From contig JBGSIV010000143.1 of NCBI GenBank assembly GCA_041742355.1, forward strand, positions 1-18,067: 18,067 nucleotides of DNA, given 5' to 3'. Source of the DNA: Candidatus Zixiibacteriota bacterium. Lineage in GTDB: Bacteria > Zixibacteria > MSB-5A5 > GN15 > FEB-12. The position numbers and the translations under genes were made by a program. The stretch's first letter is position 1; every line of letters starts with the position of its first letter. The notes beneath the pieces are model-generated. The model worked only from the letters and a program-made list of their open reading frames with translations, made no database searches and was not told the origin of the DNA. Shown here one piece after another: positions 1 through 7,658 of the stretch.

Positions 1-317
1 GCCGCCCAGACCACGGCGTTGACGACCGTGTCCGCTTCGGCCGTCTGGGCGAGCTGAATCAGGTCATCCTCGCCAAAAAGCAGGGTGACCGGGTTGCCGC
101 CGAGGCGTTGCCGGAGTTCATCGGCGCGGCCCGGATCGACGAGACAGATGTACTTCGGATGAAATCGGCGGTACTGCTCGACCAGCAGATCGACATTGGA
201 GTAAGCCGCAAGCGCCAGAATTGTGAATACGCCGGGATGCGCCGCCACGACATCAAGTGTCGAGCGACCAATCGATCCGGTCGAGCCGAGGAGCACGAGG
301 CTGCGGAGATTTGTCAT
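1..317 (-). CDS. dxr: 1-deoxy-D-xylulose 5-phosphate reductoisomerase, 5' part (runs off window edge)
   Basis: Not in the ORF track. Manual translation from ATG at 317 gives MTNLRSLVLLGSTGSIGRSTLDVVAAHPGVFTILALAAYSNVDLLVEQYRRFHPKY...ADTVVNAVV. LGSTGSIG and ALAAxSN are the Dxr NADPH-binding N-terminal motifs. Confidence 0.93.
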   Translation of the reverse strand, partial: MTNLRSLVLLGSTGSIGRSTLDVVAAHPGVFTILALAAYSNVDLLVEQYRRFHPKYICLVDPGRADELRQRLGGNPVTLLFGEDDLIQLAQTAEADTVVNAVVWA

Positions 318-380
318 AATCAGCTTATAGAACGGACGTTTCGAAGCCGGGTTCCACTAAAACATCCGGGCAAAATGAAC

Positions 381-405
381 GGCGGGACCCGGTCCGGGAC
401 CCGCC
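381..405 (-). terminator. GC-rich hairpin downstream of the cyclophilin gene, possible intrinsic terminator
   Basis: GGCGGG(381-386)...CCCGCC(400-405) inverted repeat, followed on the minus strand by GTTCATTTTG (weak U tract). Confidence 0.4.
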
Positions 406-431
406 GCGATAGACCGTTTTTCGGTCAAAAC

Positions 432-1103
432 TTACTTTTCGAGCTTCTTTCCGTCTTTGTCGGACACGTAGACCTCGCGCATGTACACGGTCTCGACCGG
501 GGATGACACCTCGCCACCCGGACCAGGTTTCACCGGCAGCTTGCCGATCTTGCGCAGGACATCGTAGCCCTTGAGCAGATGGCCGAAGACGGTGTACTGA
601 TTGTCGAGGTTGCGGGCGCGCGCCAGGACGATGAAGAACTGCGAGCCGGCGGAATTCGGATCGGCGCGGCGGGCCATCGACAGCGTCCCTTCAAGATGCG
701 GAAGGTCGGAGAATTCGGCCGGCAGGGAGTAACCGGGGCCGCCGGTGCCGTTGCCGGAGGGATCGCCGCCCTGGATCATGAAATTGTCGACGATCCGGTG
801 GAAGGTCAAGCCGTTGTAGAAACCCTTGTTGGTCAGGGCAACGAACGAATCGGCGTGGGCCGGGGCCACGTCACGGTACAGCTCGATCACCATATCACCG
901 TGGTCGGTGTGAATGGTGACGATCGGGTTGGCTTCATCGCGAATAGGTTGTGTCATTTGAGAAGGATCGGTTTTGCCGGCGTCTTGCGCCTGCTGGTTAT
1001 TTTGTTTGCTGGAATCCGCGGATTCTGCCTCGTTGCTCGAACAGCCGAGCGCGACAATGAGCGCCGCCGCAAAGATAGCTGAGGTACTGGTCGGAAAACG
1101 CAT
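432..1103 (-). CDS. Cyclophilin-type peptidyl-prolyl cis-trans isomerase, probable lipoprotein
   Basis: Motifs FYNGLTFHRIVDNFMIQGGDP, GTLSMAR, NSAGSQFFI, LDNQYTVFG; hydrophobic N-terminus ending in lipobox-like ALGC, followed by a polar linker. Confidence 0.95.
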   Translation of the reverse strand: MRFPTSTSAIFAAALIVALGCSSNEAESADSSKQNNQQAQDAGKTDPSQMTQPIRDEANPIVTIHTDHGDMVIELYRDVAPAHADSFVALTNKGFYNGLTFHRIVDNFMIQGGDPSGNGTGGPGYSLPAEFSDLPHLEGTLSMARRADPNSAGSQFFIVLARARNLDNQYTVFGHLLKGYDVLRKIGKLPVKPGPGGEVSSPVETVYMREVYVSDKDGKKLEK

Positions 1104-1147
1104 GTCATGCTTCCTATTAAGGTTACTTCAATAGTGTCGTGGTCGCG

Positions 1148-1176
1148 AATATATATTACCCGGACAGCACTGTCAA
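1148..1176 (-). promoter_or_regulatory. Sigma70-type promoter for the cyclophilin gene
   Basis: Minus strand reads TTGACA(1176-1171)-17 nt-TATATT(1153-1148), about 45 nt upstream of the ATG. Confidence 0.7.
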
Positions 1177-1221
1177 GTTCCCGGCTGCGGCGATCCGACA
1201 ACGCCGATCCGCGATTGGAGC

Positions 1222-2808
1222 CTACGGCGCCTCCCAGGTAGTGATGCGGACGACGATCGTGTCGGAAACCCCGATCAACAGATCATACCGGGCAGGCTGT
1301 GGATCGTAGGTGACCTGGAGCGTGTCGCCGACTGTCGTCAGGTTCGAAGGGGATAGATACGCTGTGGTCAGCTGAGTGTATGTCGAGCCGATCTTGATCC
1401 CCTGCCGAGTCGATCCGGTGTACGGACTCATGACCGAGACTCCGTAGACGCCGGATGCGTTAGTGAGGGTATTAGTGTTGCCGGGATCGCTGAAGATCAC
1501 GGTGACGCCCGGAGCGGTGACGGGAAAGCTGCCATAGACGTACTGCGTGCCCAGGAGGCCGTCGCCGGCGCTGGCTGAGGCAGCGCCGATCCAGTTCTGG
1601 ACGTCGGCATAGATTTCATCGAAGAGAATGTACTGCCCCTGGGAGCCGGGGACGAGCATGCTTTTGCGTAGGTAGACATCGAGCGTGTCCACCTCGGGGA
1701 TGGTCAGGCGCATGGTGGCGTGTCCGAGCTGGCCGTTGAAGTTGTAGGCCATGATTCCGATGCCGGTCGTAGGGCTCGTGATGACCGTGTCGAACTTCGT
1801 GCCGGCGAATGTTCCGTCCCCTTCGATACGGGTGAGCAGAATTTCCGCGTTGCCGATCCGCACGTTGTTCACATCCTCCACCGCGAACGAGTCCTGCATG
1901 ATGTTGGTCACGCCGCCCTTCGAGTAGATGCCATCGAGAGGGACGATTTCGTCGGGACGCACCACGTATTCGGAGAACTGCAGCTCATTGACGCTCGTGT
2001 CGCTGCCGACAACCGAAGCATAGCCGTATAATCCCCAGAACTCGTAGCCGAACTCGATCTCGTTGGTCCCGGCCACAGCGATGTAGTCGGGAGCGCCGAA
2101 GCGGGCGCGGACGGCGGTCATGGAGGAGTCGAGGCCGACCGGGTTGGCGCCAATCGTCCGGCCGTCGTACGGGCCGTTGACAATCACACCGTAGACGCTC
2201 GAAGTATCGTAAAACGTGTTATTCTTGTCCAGATCGTAAAGCATGACCACAATCCCCCGGACGCTCTCGTAGTTGGCGAAGATCCGCCGCACATTTGGAA
2301 TATCGGGATAGCCGTCCTCGGAATCCGGCTCTCCCAGCCAGGCCTTCACGTCGGCGTAGCGGTCGTCGAACCGGATGAGTCCGACCTGCCCGCCCGGGCC
2401 GGGCATGATGGCGTCGGCGCGGATTTCGATCTCCACGGTATCGAACCCGGGGACATAGAGCCGAATTGTGGCGTAGGGCAACGATCCAGAGAATGTGAAG
2501 GGGAGGGTAGCGATTCCGTTGGCGCCAGCCACAATGCTACGGGACAGGTTCCCGTCACCCTCGAGCGGATCGACCAGTATCTGCTGATTGGGAATGTAGT
2601 CACCGTTGGCGTCAGTCAGCGCGAACTGGAGCGGCTGGTCGAACGAGCTGGCGCCCATGAGACCGCGATACCGGACCCCGTTGATCGCGACCAGCTGGTT
2701 GGCATTGCCGTTGTCATCGGGGCCGCTGGATTTGTCACTGCAACTGCCGATCACCAGCATCAGCGCGAAGCCGGCCAGGAGAATAGCTGTCCACGAGAGT
2801 CTGATCAT
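1222..2808 (-). CDS. Uncharacterised lipoprotein (528 aa) built from two homologous ~240-aa halves
   Basis: ATG at 2808 after AGGA; signal peptide MIRLSWTAILLAGFALMLVIGSC (Cys codon 2742-2740); halves share motifs such as EGDG, ATxRLxxPxxDT, FDxxYADVxxWxG and VYGVxVxxPYxGxT. Confidence 0.8.
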   Translation of the reverse strand: MIRLSWTAILLAGFALMLVIGSCSDKSSGPDDNGNANQLVAINGVRYRGLMGASSFDQPLQFALTDANGDYIPNQQILVDPLEGDGNLSRSIVAGANGIATLPFTFSGSLPYATIRLYVPGFDTVEIEIRADAIMPGPGGQVGLIRFDDRYADVKAWLGEPDSEDGYPDIPNVRRIFANYESVRGIVVMLYDLDKNNTFYDTSSVYGVIVNGPYDGRTIGANPVGLDSSMTAVRARFGAPDYIAVAGTNEIEFGYEFWGLYGYASVVGSDTSVNELQFSEYVVRPDEIVPLDGIYSKGGVTNIMQDSFAVEDVNNVRIGNAEILLTRIEGDGTFAGTKFDTVITSPTTGIGIMAYNFNGQLGHATMRLTIPEVDTLDVYLRKSMLVPGSQGQYILFDEIYADVQNWIGAASASAGDGLLGTQYVYGSFPVTAPGVTVIFSDPGNTNTLTNASGVYGVSVMSPYTGSTRQGIKIGSTYTQLTTAYLSPSNLTTVGDTLQVTYDPQPARYDLLIGVSDTIVVRITTWEAP

Positions 2809-2938
2809 GTCGGATCCTGTGTTGTATTGGTGTCCGTTCACCGCAGCTGTCGGCCGGAGCCTCTCCCCTGCCCTGCAACGGAGAACTTGATTCTGGTCGA
2901 CCAAATCAGGCGATAATCCTACTCCGGCGCAACAAAAA

Positions 2939-3598
2939 TCAGCGGAACCAGTACCGGAGCGCCCCCCCGATGTTCAGGTACTTGGGCCGATCGCTGCTGG
3001 CCGCAAAGGTGAAGTCGTTCACGGAGGCCAGGGTCACGAAGGACCGGGCATCCGCAGAAGTAAACAGCTTGAAGTCGGCGCCGAAATTGGCGCTCGCGGC
3101 GACGGTCAGGTCCGATTCGCTCTCGTAACCCTCGCCGCCGACGGTCGTGAAACCGGCCCGGAAGCCCGCCCCGACGTACGGCGAGAACTGCACCTGCGTG
3201 ATGTCGAGCGGATAGAGATCAAGGTTGATATCGAGGTCGTACTGGCCAACATCGATGTCGTCGGCAGCAAGAAAGATCTCCTCGTTGAGATTGACACTGG
3301 TATAGCGAAAGCCGAGGGTGAGCAGAAAATGCTGGTTCCAGAAAGCACCGTACTGGAAACCCAGGTGCCATGAGTCTTCAAAAAGCTGGTCGGCATCGAC
3401 CTCGACGCGGTTCCCTTCGACGTCGGTGAGGGGGAGGGGGCCGATCTCATCGTACTCGCCGTAGGGTGAAGCGTAGCCGCCGAAGAAGCTGACCATGTTG
3501 TAACGAGCGGGTACGCGGCGTATGGCCGCATCAGATGAGGGGACCAAAGTCAGGCTGATGAGGCCGAGCAGTAACCCGATAAGAATAATCTTCTTCAT
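2939..3598 (-). CDS. Outer-membrane beta-barrel protein (219 aa)
   Basis: ATG at 3598 after AGGAG; signal peptide MKKIILIGLLLGLISLTLVPSSDA; amphipathic strands with PYVGAGFRAG and a C-terminal GGALRYWFR beta-signal-like end. Confidence 0.8.
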   Translation of the reverse strand: MKKIILIGLLLGLISLTLVPSSDAAIRRVPARYNMVSFFGGYASPYGEYDEIGPLPLTDVEGNRVEVDADQLFEDSWHLGFQYGAFWNQHFLLTLGFRYTSVNLNEEIFLAADDIDVGQYDLDINLDLYPLDITQVQFSPYVGAGFRAGFTTVGGEGYESESDLTVAASANFGADFKLFTSADARSFVTLASVNDFTFAASSDRPKYLNIGGALRYWFR

Positions 3599-3767
3599 GG
3601 CATCTCCTTGGTAGCAAGGTTTTTGTGGAACCTCTCCGGCCGAAGCAACCTGGGCAGGAACCGCCAGCCGGACAATCGCGACAGGATATGTCTTGCGTCT
3701 TTTACACGCAAAGCGCCCTAACGGATTGCGCTGTACGCAAGTATCATTCAAATAGTATAATTAGCGG

Positions 3768-3795
3768 TTGCACAACGGGAAAGACCAATTATATT
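3768..3795 (+). promoter_or_regulatory. Candidate sigma70-type promoter for the dehydrogenase-ackA pair
   Basis: TTGCAC(3768-3773)-16 nt-TATATT(3790-3795) in the AT-rich divergent intergenic region. Confidence 0.5.
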
Positions 3796-3861
3796 TCACG
3801 GAAATTTGTCGACTATAACGTCGATACGGTTATCGACTCTAAACTCGCAGGATTTACGCCA

Positions 3862-4761
3862 ATGGCTGGTAAAAAGATAGCTATCATCGGAGCCGGGGTC
3901 ATGGGACAGGGGCTGGCCGAAGCAATCGCCACCGCCGGCAGTGAGGTTTCCCTCATTGACAAGACCACCCGGCTGGCGGAGCGCGGTGTCAAAAGCATCG
4001 GCGAATCAATGAACCGTGAGATCGGCAAATGGGGTCTCACGGAATCGGACAAGAAGGCAATTCTGGCCCGCATCTACCCCTCATCGGATCTCTCCATGGC
4101 CGAGGAGGCCGAGATCGTGCACGAGGCGATCCCCGAGGATCTGCAGATGAAACGGGACCTGTTCGAGAAGCTCGACACCATCGTCCGGCCCGACGCCCTG
4201 CTCGTGACCAACACCGGCACAATCTCGGTGTCGGAAATCGCGGCGGTCACCGAGCGCCCGCAGAAGATCATCGGCATGCACTTCCTGACGCCGGTGACCA
4301 AGATCCCCGTGGTCGAGATCGTCAAGGGGTTCCATACCGACGATGACACGTTCGAGAAGGCGGTCGCGTTTGCCCGGCTGCTGGACAAGGAGTACATCAC
4401 GGTCAACGAGTACCCCGGCTACGTAACCACCCGCATCATCGTGCCGCTCTTGAACGAAGCGATGCACGTGCTGATGGAAGGGGTGGCGTCAGCCGAGGAC
4501 ATCGACCGGGCGATGAAACTCGGCTTCGGGTTCAACATGGGGCCGCTCACGCTGGCCGACACGATGGGGCTCGACGTGGTGATGAGCTGGATGGACAACC
4601 TTCTGGACGAACTGGCCGACCATAAGTACAACCCCTGCCCGCTCCTGCGCAAGATGGTCCGGTCCGGCCACCTCGGGGTGAAAACCGGCCGCGGCTTCTT
4701 CCAGTATGATAACCAAGGCAACAAAGTGATGCCCGCACCGAGCCTTTCGATCGGCGCATAA
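3862..4761 (+). CDS. 3-hydroxyacyl-CoA dehydrogenase family protein (Hbd/PaaH-like, 299 aa) with atypical active-site residues
   Basis: ATG at 3862; Rossmann motif IAIIGAGVMGQG, EAIPEDLQMK, GMHF..P......E, EDIDRAMKLG, MGPLTLADTMGLD, GHLGVKTGRGFF. Confidence 0.9.
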   Translation: MAGKKIAIIGAGVMGQGLAEAIATAGSEVSLIDKTTRLAERGVKSIGESMNREIGKWGLTESDKKAILARIYPSSDLSMAEEAEIVHEAIPEDLQMKRDLFEKLDTIVRPDALLVTNTGTISVSEIAAVTERPQKIIGMHFLTPVTKIPVVEIVKGFHTDDDTFEKAVAFARLLDKEYITVNEYPGYVTTRIIVPLLNEAMHVLMEGVASAEDIDRAMKLGFGFNMGPLTLADTMGLDVVMSWMDNLLDELADHKYNPCPLLRKMVRSGHLGVKTGRGFFQYDNQGNKVMPAPSLSIGA

Positions 4762-4777
4762 GTAAGGATTGCAAGCA

Positions 4778-6007
4778 ATGAAGATACTCGTTGTCAACGC
4801 CGGGTCATCATCGGTGAAGTACCAACTGATTGACACCGACACAGAGAGAGCCATCGCCAAGGGGATGGTGTCGCGCATCGGCATGTCCGGATCGGTGCTC
4901 TCGCACAAGCCGTTCGACCGGAACGAAGTCAAGATCTCGGCGGAGATTCTCGACCATATCCAGGCGATCGAGTACATCGTCGGGATCCTCCTCTCCCCCA
5001 ACCACGGCGTCATCAAAGACCGCTCCGAGATCGAAGCGGTCGGCCACCGGGTGGTGCACGGTGGTGAAAAGTTCAAGGACTCGGTGCTGATCACGCCGGA
5101 GCTCATGCTCGAACTGCGTAACCTGATCGAGTTGGCCCCGCTGCATAATCCGCACAATATCCGCGGTATCAACGCCTGTGAGAAAACCCTTCCGGGGCTC
5201 CCGCAGGTCGCGGTGTTCGACACGGCGTTCCACCACGGCATGCCGCCATCCGCCTATATCTACGGCATTCCGTATGTCCTGTACAAGCGCTACGGCATCC
5301 GCCGCTACGGTTTCCACGGCACTTCCCACAAGTTTGTCAGCGACCGCGCGGCTGTCATGTTGAACCGCCCGCTGAGCGAGCTGAAGGTCATCACCGCCCA
5401 CCTCGGTAACGGCGCCTCCATGGCGGCGGTCGATGGCGGGATTTCGGTCGATACCTCGATGGGGTTCACTCCCCTGGAGGGGCTGCTCATGGGCACGCGC
5501 TCCGGCGACATGGATCCGGCGATCATCCTGCACATCATGGCCCGGGAGGAACTGAGTCTGCACGAAGCCAACACCCTCCTGAACAAGCACTCGGGTCTGG
5601 CGGGCGTGTCGGGCGTGTCCTCCGACATGCGCGAGATCCAATCGGCCTCCGCGTCGGGCAATACGATGGCCCAGTTGGCCCTCGATATGTACTGCTACCG
5701 GATCAAGAAGTACATCGGCTCCTACGCCGCGGCGATGGGCGGGGTCGATGCGGTGGTATTCACCGGCGGCGTCGGCGAGAATTCGGCCGAGGTGCGGCAG
5801 AAGTGCTGCGACGGACTGGAGTTCATCGGCCTGTCGCTCGACCCGAAAAAGAACGTGGCCACCAAAGCGGCCGAGACGGACATTTCGGTCGATGGTTCCC
5901 GCGGCCATGTGCTGGTGGTGCCGACCAACGAAGAGCTAGTTATCGCCCGCGATACGTTCCGGATTGTGGGGGAAACCCACAAGCAGAAGCCGGCGAAGGT
6001 GAAGTAG
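4778..6007 (+). CDS. ackA: Acetate kinase (409 aa)
   Basis: MKILVVNAGSSSVKYQL, GHRVVHGG, LAPLHNP, VFDTAFH, RRYGFHGTSH, HLGNGAS, TSMGFTPLEGL.MGTRSGD, FTGGVGEN, PTNEELVIA. Confidence 0.97.
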   Translation: MKILVVNAGSSSVKYQLIDTDTERAIAKGMVSRIGMSGSVLSHKPFDRNEVKISAEILDHIQAIEYIVGILLSPNHGVIKDRSEIEAVGHRVVHGGEKFKDSVLITPELMLELRNLIELAPLHNPHNIRGINACEKTLPGLPQVAVFDTAFHHGMPPSAYIYGIPYVLYKRYGIRRYGFHGTSHKFVSDRAAVMLNRPLSELKVITAHLGNGASMAAVDGGISVDTSMGFTPLEGLLMGTRSGDMDPAIILHIMAREELSLHEANTLLNKHSGLAGVSGVSSDMREIQSASASGNTMAQLALDMYCYRIKKYIGSYAAAMGGVDAVVFTGGVGENSAEVRQKCCDGLEFIGLSLDPKKNVATKAAETDISVDGSRGHVLVVPTNEELVIARDTFRIVGETHKQKPAKVK

Positions 6008-6033
6008 CGTTCGCGCATATTCCGTGAATTGAG

Positions 6034-6066
6034 AAGCCCGCCGTTTCGAATGGGACGGCGGGCTTT
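6034..6066 (+). terminator. Intrinsic terminator after ackA
   Basis: AAGCCCGCCGT(6034-6044)/ACGGCGGGCTT(6055-6065) perfect 11-bp stem, ending TTTGATT, 26 nt after the stop codon. Confidence 0.75.
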
Positions 6067-6075
6067 GATTCATGG

Positions 6076-6152
6076 GTAGGTCAGGCCGCTTGCGGTCTGA
6101 CGGAGCAAGGCCGAGAGTGATATACAGTCAGGCTCCAAGGAGTCTGACCTAC
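6076..6152. repeat. Inverted doublet of GTAG-family REP-like hairpins
   Basis: GTAG-GTCAGGCCGC-TT-GCGGTCTGAC (6076-6101) and the inverted copy GTCAGGCTCC-AA-GGAGTCTGAC-CTAC (6127-6152). Confidence 0.8.
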
Positions 6153-6176
6153 GTCGAGAGCATCTTTTCGCCTTAA

Positions 6177-6216
6177 TCGGGGTTCTCGACGCTGCGCACC
6201 TTCGGACCCGACCTAC
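6177..6216 (-). repeat. Second GTAG-family REP-like element (GTAGGTCGGGT... class)
   Basis: TCGGGGTTCTCG...TTCGGACCCGACCTAC; a related copy lies at 17980-18022. Confidence 0.65.
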
Positions 6217-6219
6217 GGC

Positions 6220-6987
6220 CTAACGCACTTCTAACGCCTCATACGCCCCGATAGCTGTCAATCCCAGCTTCTCCGCCAACCGGCGCGAGATCAGATTCGT
6301 CGCATCCCAGTTGGGCCGCAGGTTACGGTGCAGACACTCCACCAGCAGTCGGGCGGCCAGAGCGGTCCCAAGACCCATCCGCCGATGTTGCGGGTGGATG
6401 AATAGACTCGCTTCGATAGAATGGGGGCAAGCCAGCGATGAATACGCGGCGCCGACGACCGTCCCTTTCTCGCGTATCTCAAAGCCCATGCCTCGAGCCA
6501 TGAAATCGTCCGCCGAACGGAAGTGCGTCAGGTCGATCACGTGGTTGCGGCACTCAAGGGCCATTCGGGCGTCCTCATGTGTGATCGGACCGACCATCTT
6601 GCGGTAAGGACTTGCCGCGAGTATTGCCTCCAGGCCGTCAAGTGAGAGCGAGTCCGTGGAATATGAGAACCGCCTCACCGGGTGCACTCTTCGGCCGAGT
6701 ACTCCCCTGGCCCGATCGAACCAACCCGAAGCCGAAGGCATGATGAGGTGATATCGGCCGAGCGATCGGAGAAGTTCTGCGGCAGCCTCTCCATTAGCAT
6801 CGCCGGCAAAGTAACAGAATGGCGCCACCCGCAGCAGGAAGGCTTCGGAAGAACCGGGGCAGCCACACAGAAACTCTCCGGCCAGACCATCGATCGCACA
6901 ATCGAACGCTATGTCTACCTTCGGGACATGCGAGAAGGCATCGATAAGGGTCGTTCGATTCACGTCAGTAAGCGGGATAATTTTCAT
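6220..6987 (-). CDS. GNAT family N-acetyltransferase (255 aa)
   Basis: ATG at 6987; C-terminal acetyl-CoA motif IHPQHRRMGLGTALAA and PNWDATNLISRRLAEKLG. Confidence 0.85.
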   Translation of the reverse strand: MKIIPLTDVNRTTLIDAFSHVPKVDIAFDCAIDGLAGEFLCGCPGSSEAFLLRVAPFCYFAGDANGEAAAELLRSLGRYHLIMPSASGWFDRARGVLGRRVHPVRRFSYSTDSLSLDGLEAILAASPYRKMVGPITHEDARMALECRNHVIDLTHFRSADDFMARGMGFEIREKGTVVGAAYSSLACPHSIEASLFIHPQHRRMGLGTALAARLLVECLHRNLRPNWDATNLISRRLAEKLGLTAIGAYEALEVR

Positions 6988-7394
6988 GGAATGGTTGAGC
7001 AAGCAGCGGTTCTGCCGGCCCGAATGCTATTCTCTTGTCCTGGATTCTCCCCGTTCACGATCACGAAGGCCAGCAGCGCCCAGGCCATCCCGCCAAGCGT
7101 GCCCATGATTGTGCGGTAGATCTCCAAGCCCCGGTATTCCGGGGTCAGGATCGGGCGAAGCTGGTCTTCCGAGACGGGCATAACGAAGCGTTCGAGGTTC
7201 CAGATCTGCACCCTGGACGAAATGCCGACCATTAACAGGGCGAAAGTCAGGAATTTCCGCCAGGCTTCGGCGACTTCTTCGCCGATTATGCGCATGAAAA
7301 TCTTGTCCATCGGCCCGCGGAAAAAGCGGACGACTATGGCCGACACGACGATCGCTATGCCCAGGGTAACGACGAGAAGCAGAAGGAAGTCCAT
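6984..7394 (-). CDS. Small multi-pass membrane protein of unknown function, possibly degraded
   Basis: Strong RBS AGGAGG before ATG 7394; three hydrophobic segments; stop overlaps the GNAT start (ATGA). Confidence 0.65.
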   Translation of the reverse strand: MDFLLLLVVTLGIAIVVSAIVVRFFRGPMDKIFMRIIGEEVAEAWRKFLTFALLMVGISSRVQIWNLERFVMPVSEDQLRPILTPEYRGLEIYRTIMGTLGGMAWALLAFVIVNGENPGQENSIRAGRTAACSTIP

Positions 7395-7430
7395 TTAGAC
7401 CCTCCTGAGATTGGAGGCCGGTTAAGGAAA

Positions 7431-7453
7431 CCGGCGGAGTAATCCTCCGCCGG
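7431..7453. other. Perfect 9-bp GC hairpin in the divergent intergenic region
   Basis: CCGGCGGAG(7431-7439)-TAATC-CTCCGCCGG(7445-7453); no U tract on either side. Confidence 0.5.
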
Positions 7454-7590
7454 CGGCGCATTTACAACACCACGGATTGCATTCTGAGGTGTTTTTCAGC
7501 TGGCAAGGAGCCGATCCAACAACGCGGTGTCCACTAAAACTTGCACGGCGCACCGGGGCGAGATTCATCCACGGGAGAGCAGCAAGCCGA

Positions 7591-7620
7591 TTGACAGAAC
7601 ACCGCCATGTTCGTTACTTT
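7591..7620 (+). promoter_or_regulatory. Candidate promoter for kynU-kynB with an inverted repeat in the spacer
   Basis: TTGACA(7591-7596)-18 nt-TACTTT(7615-7620); spacer contains GAACA-N6-TGTTC (7597-7612). Confidence 0.5.
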
Positions 7621-7658
7621 GGGTCAACTGACGCCAATCCTTAGCCGTTGGGGCCATT

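Noticed and set aside
59..506. ORF-track calls 59-271 and 108-506
   Set aside because: They overlap the real dxr frame (317 to edge), which has clear family motifs.
1288..1311. YDPQPARY in the lipoprotein as another PQPEPP motif
   Set aside because: Only DPQP matches, and it is absent from the other half of the protein.
3625..3861. Upstream extensions of ORFs (also 2809-2904, 3599-3751, 10039-10122)
   Set aside because: Downstream ATGs have RBS and signal-peptide or domain starts; the extensions cover promoter or leader DNA.
4489..5908. Long minus-strand ORFs (250 and 366 aa); likewise 13685-14833 on plus
   Set aside because: Antisense shadows of well-supported ackA, the dehydrogenase gene and icd.
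353..7540. Shared 11-mer TCCACTAAAAC at 353-363 and 7530-7540, faintly like an IS end
   Set aside because: Too short, no transposase, no flanking similarity or target duplication; could be chance.
7597..7612. LexA (GAAC-N4-GTTC) box before kynU
   Set aside because: Spacing is GAAC-N8-GTTC, which does not fit; kept only as an unassigned palindrome.
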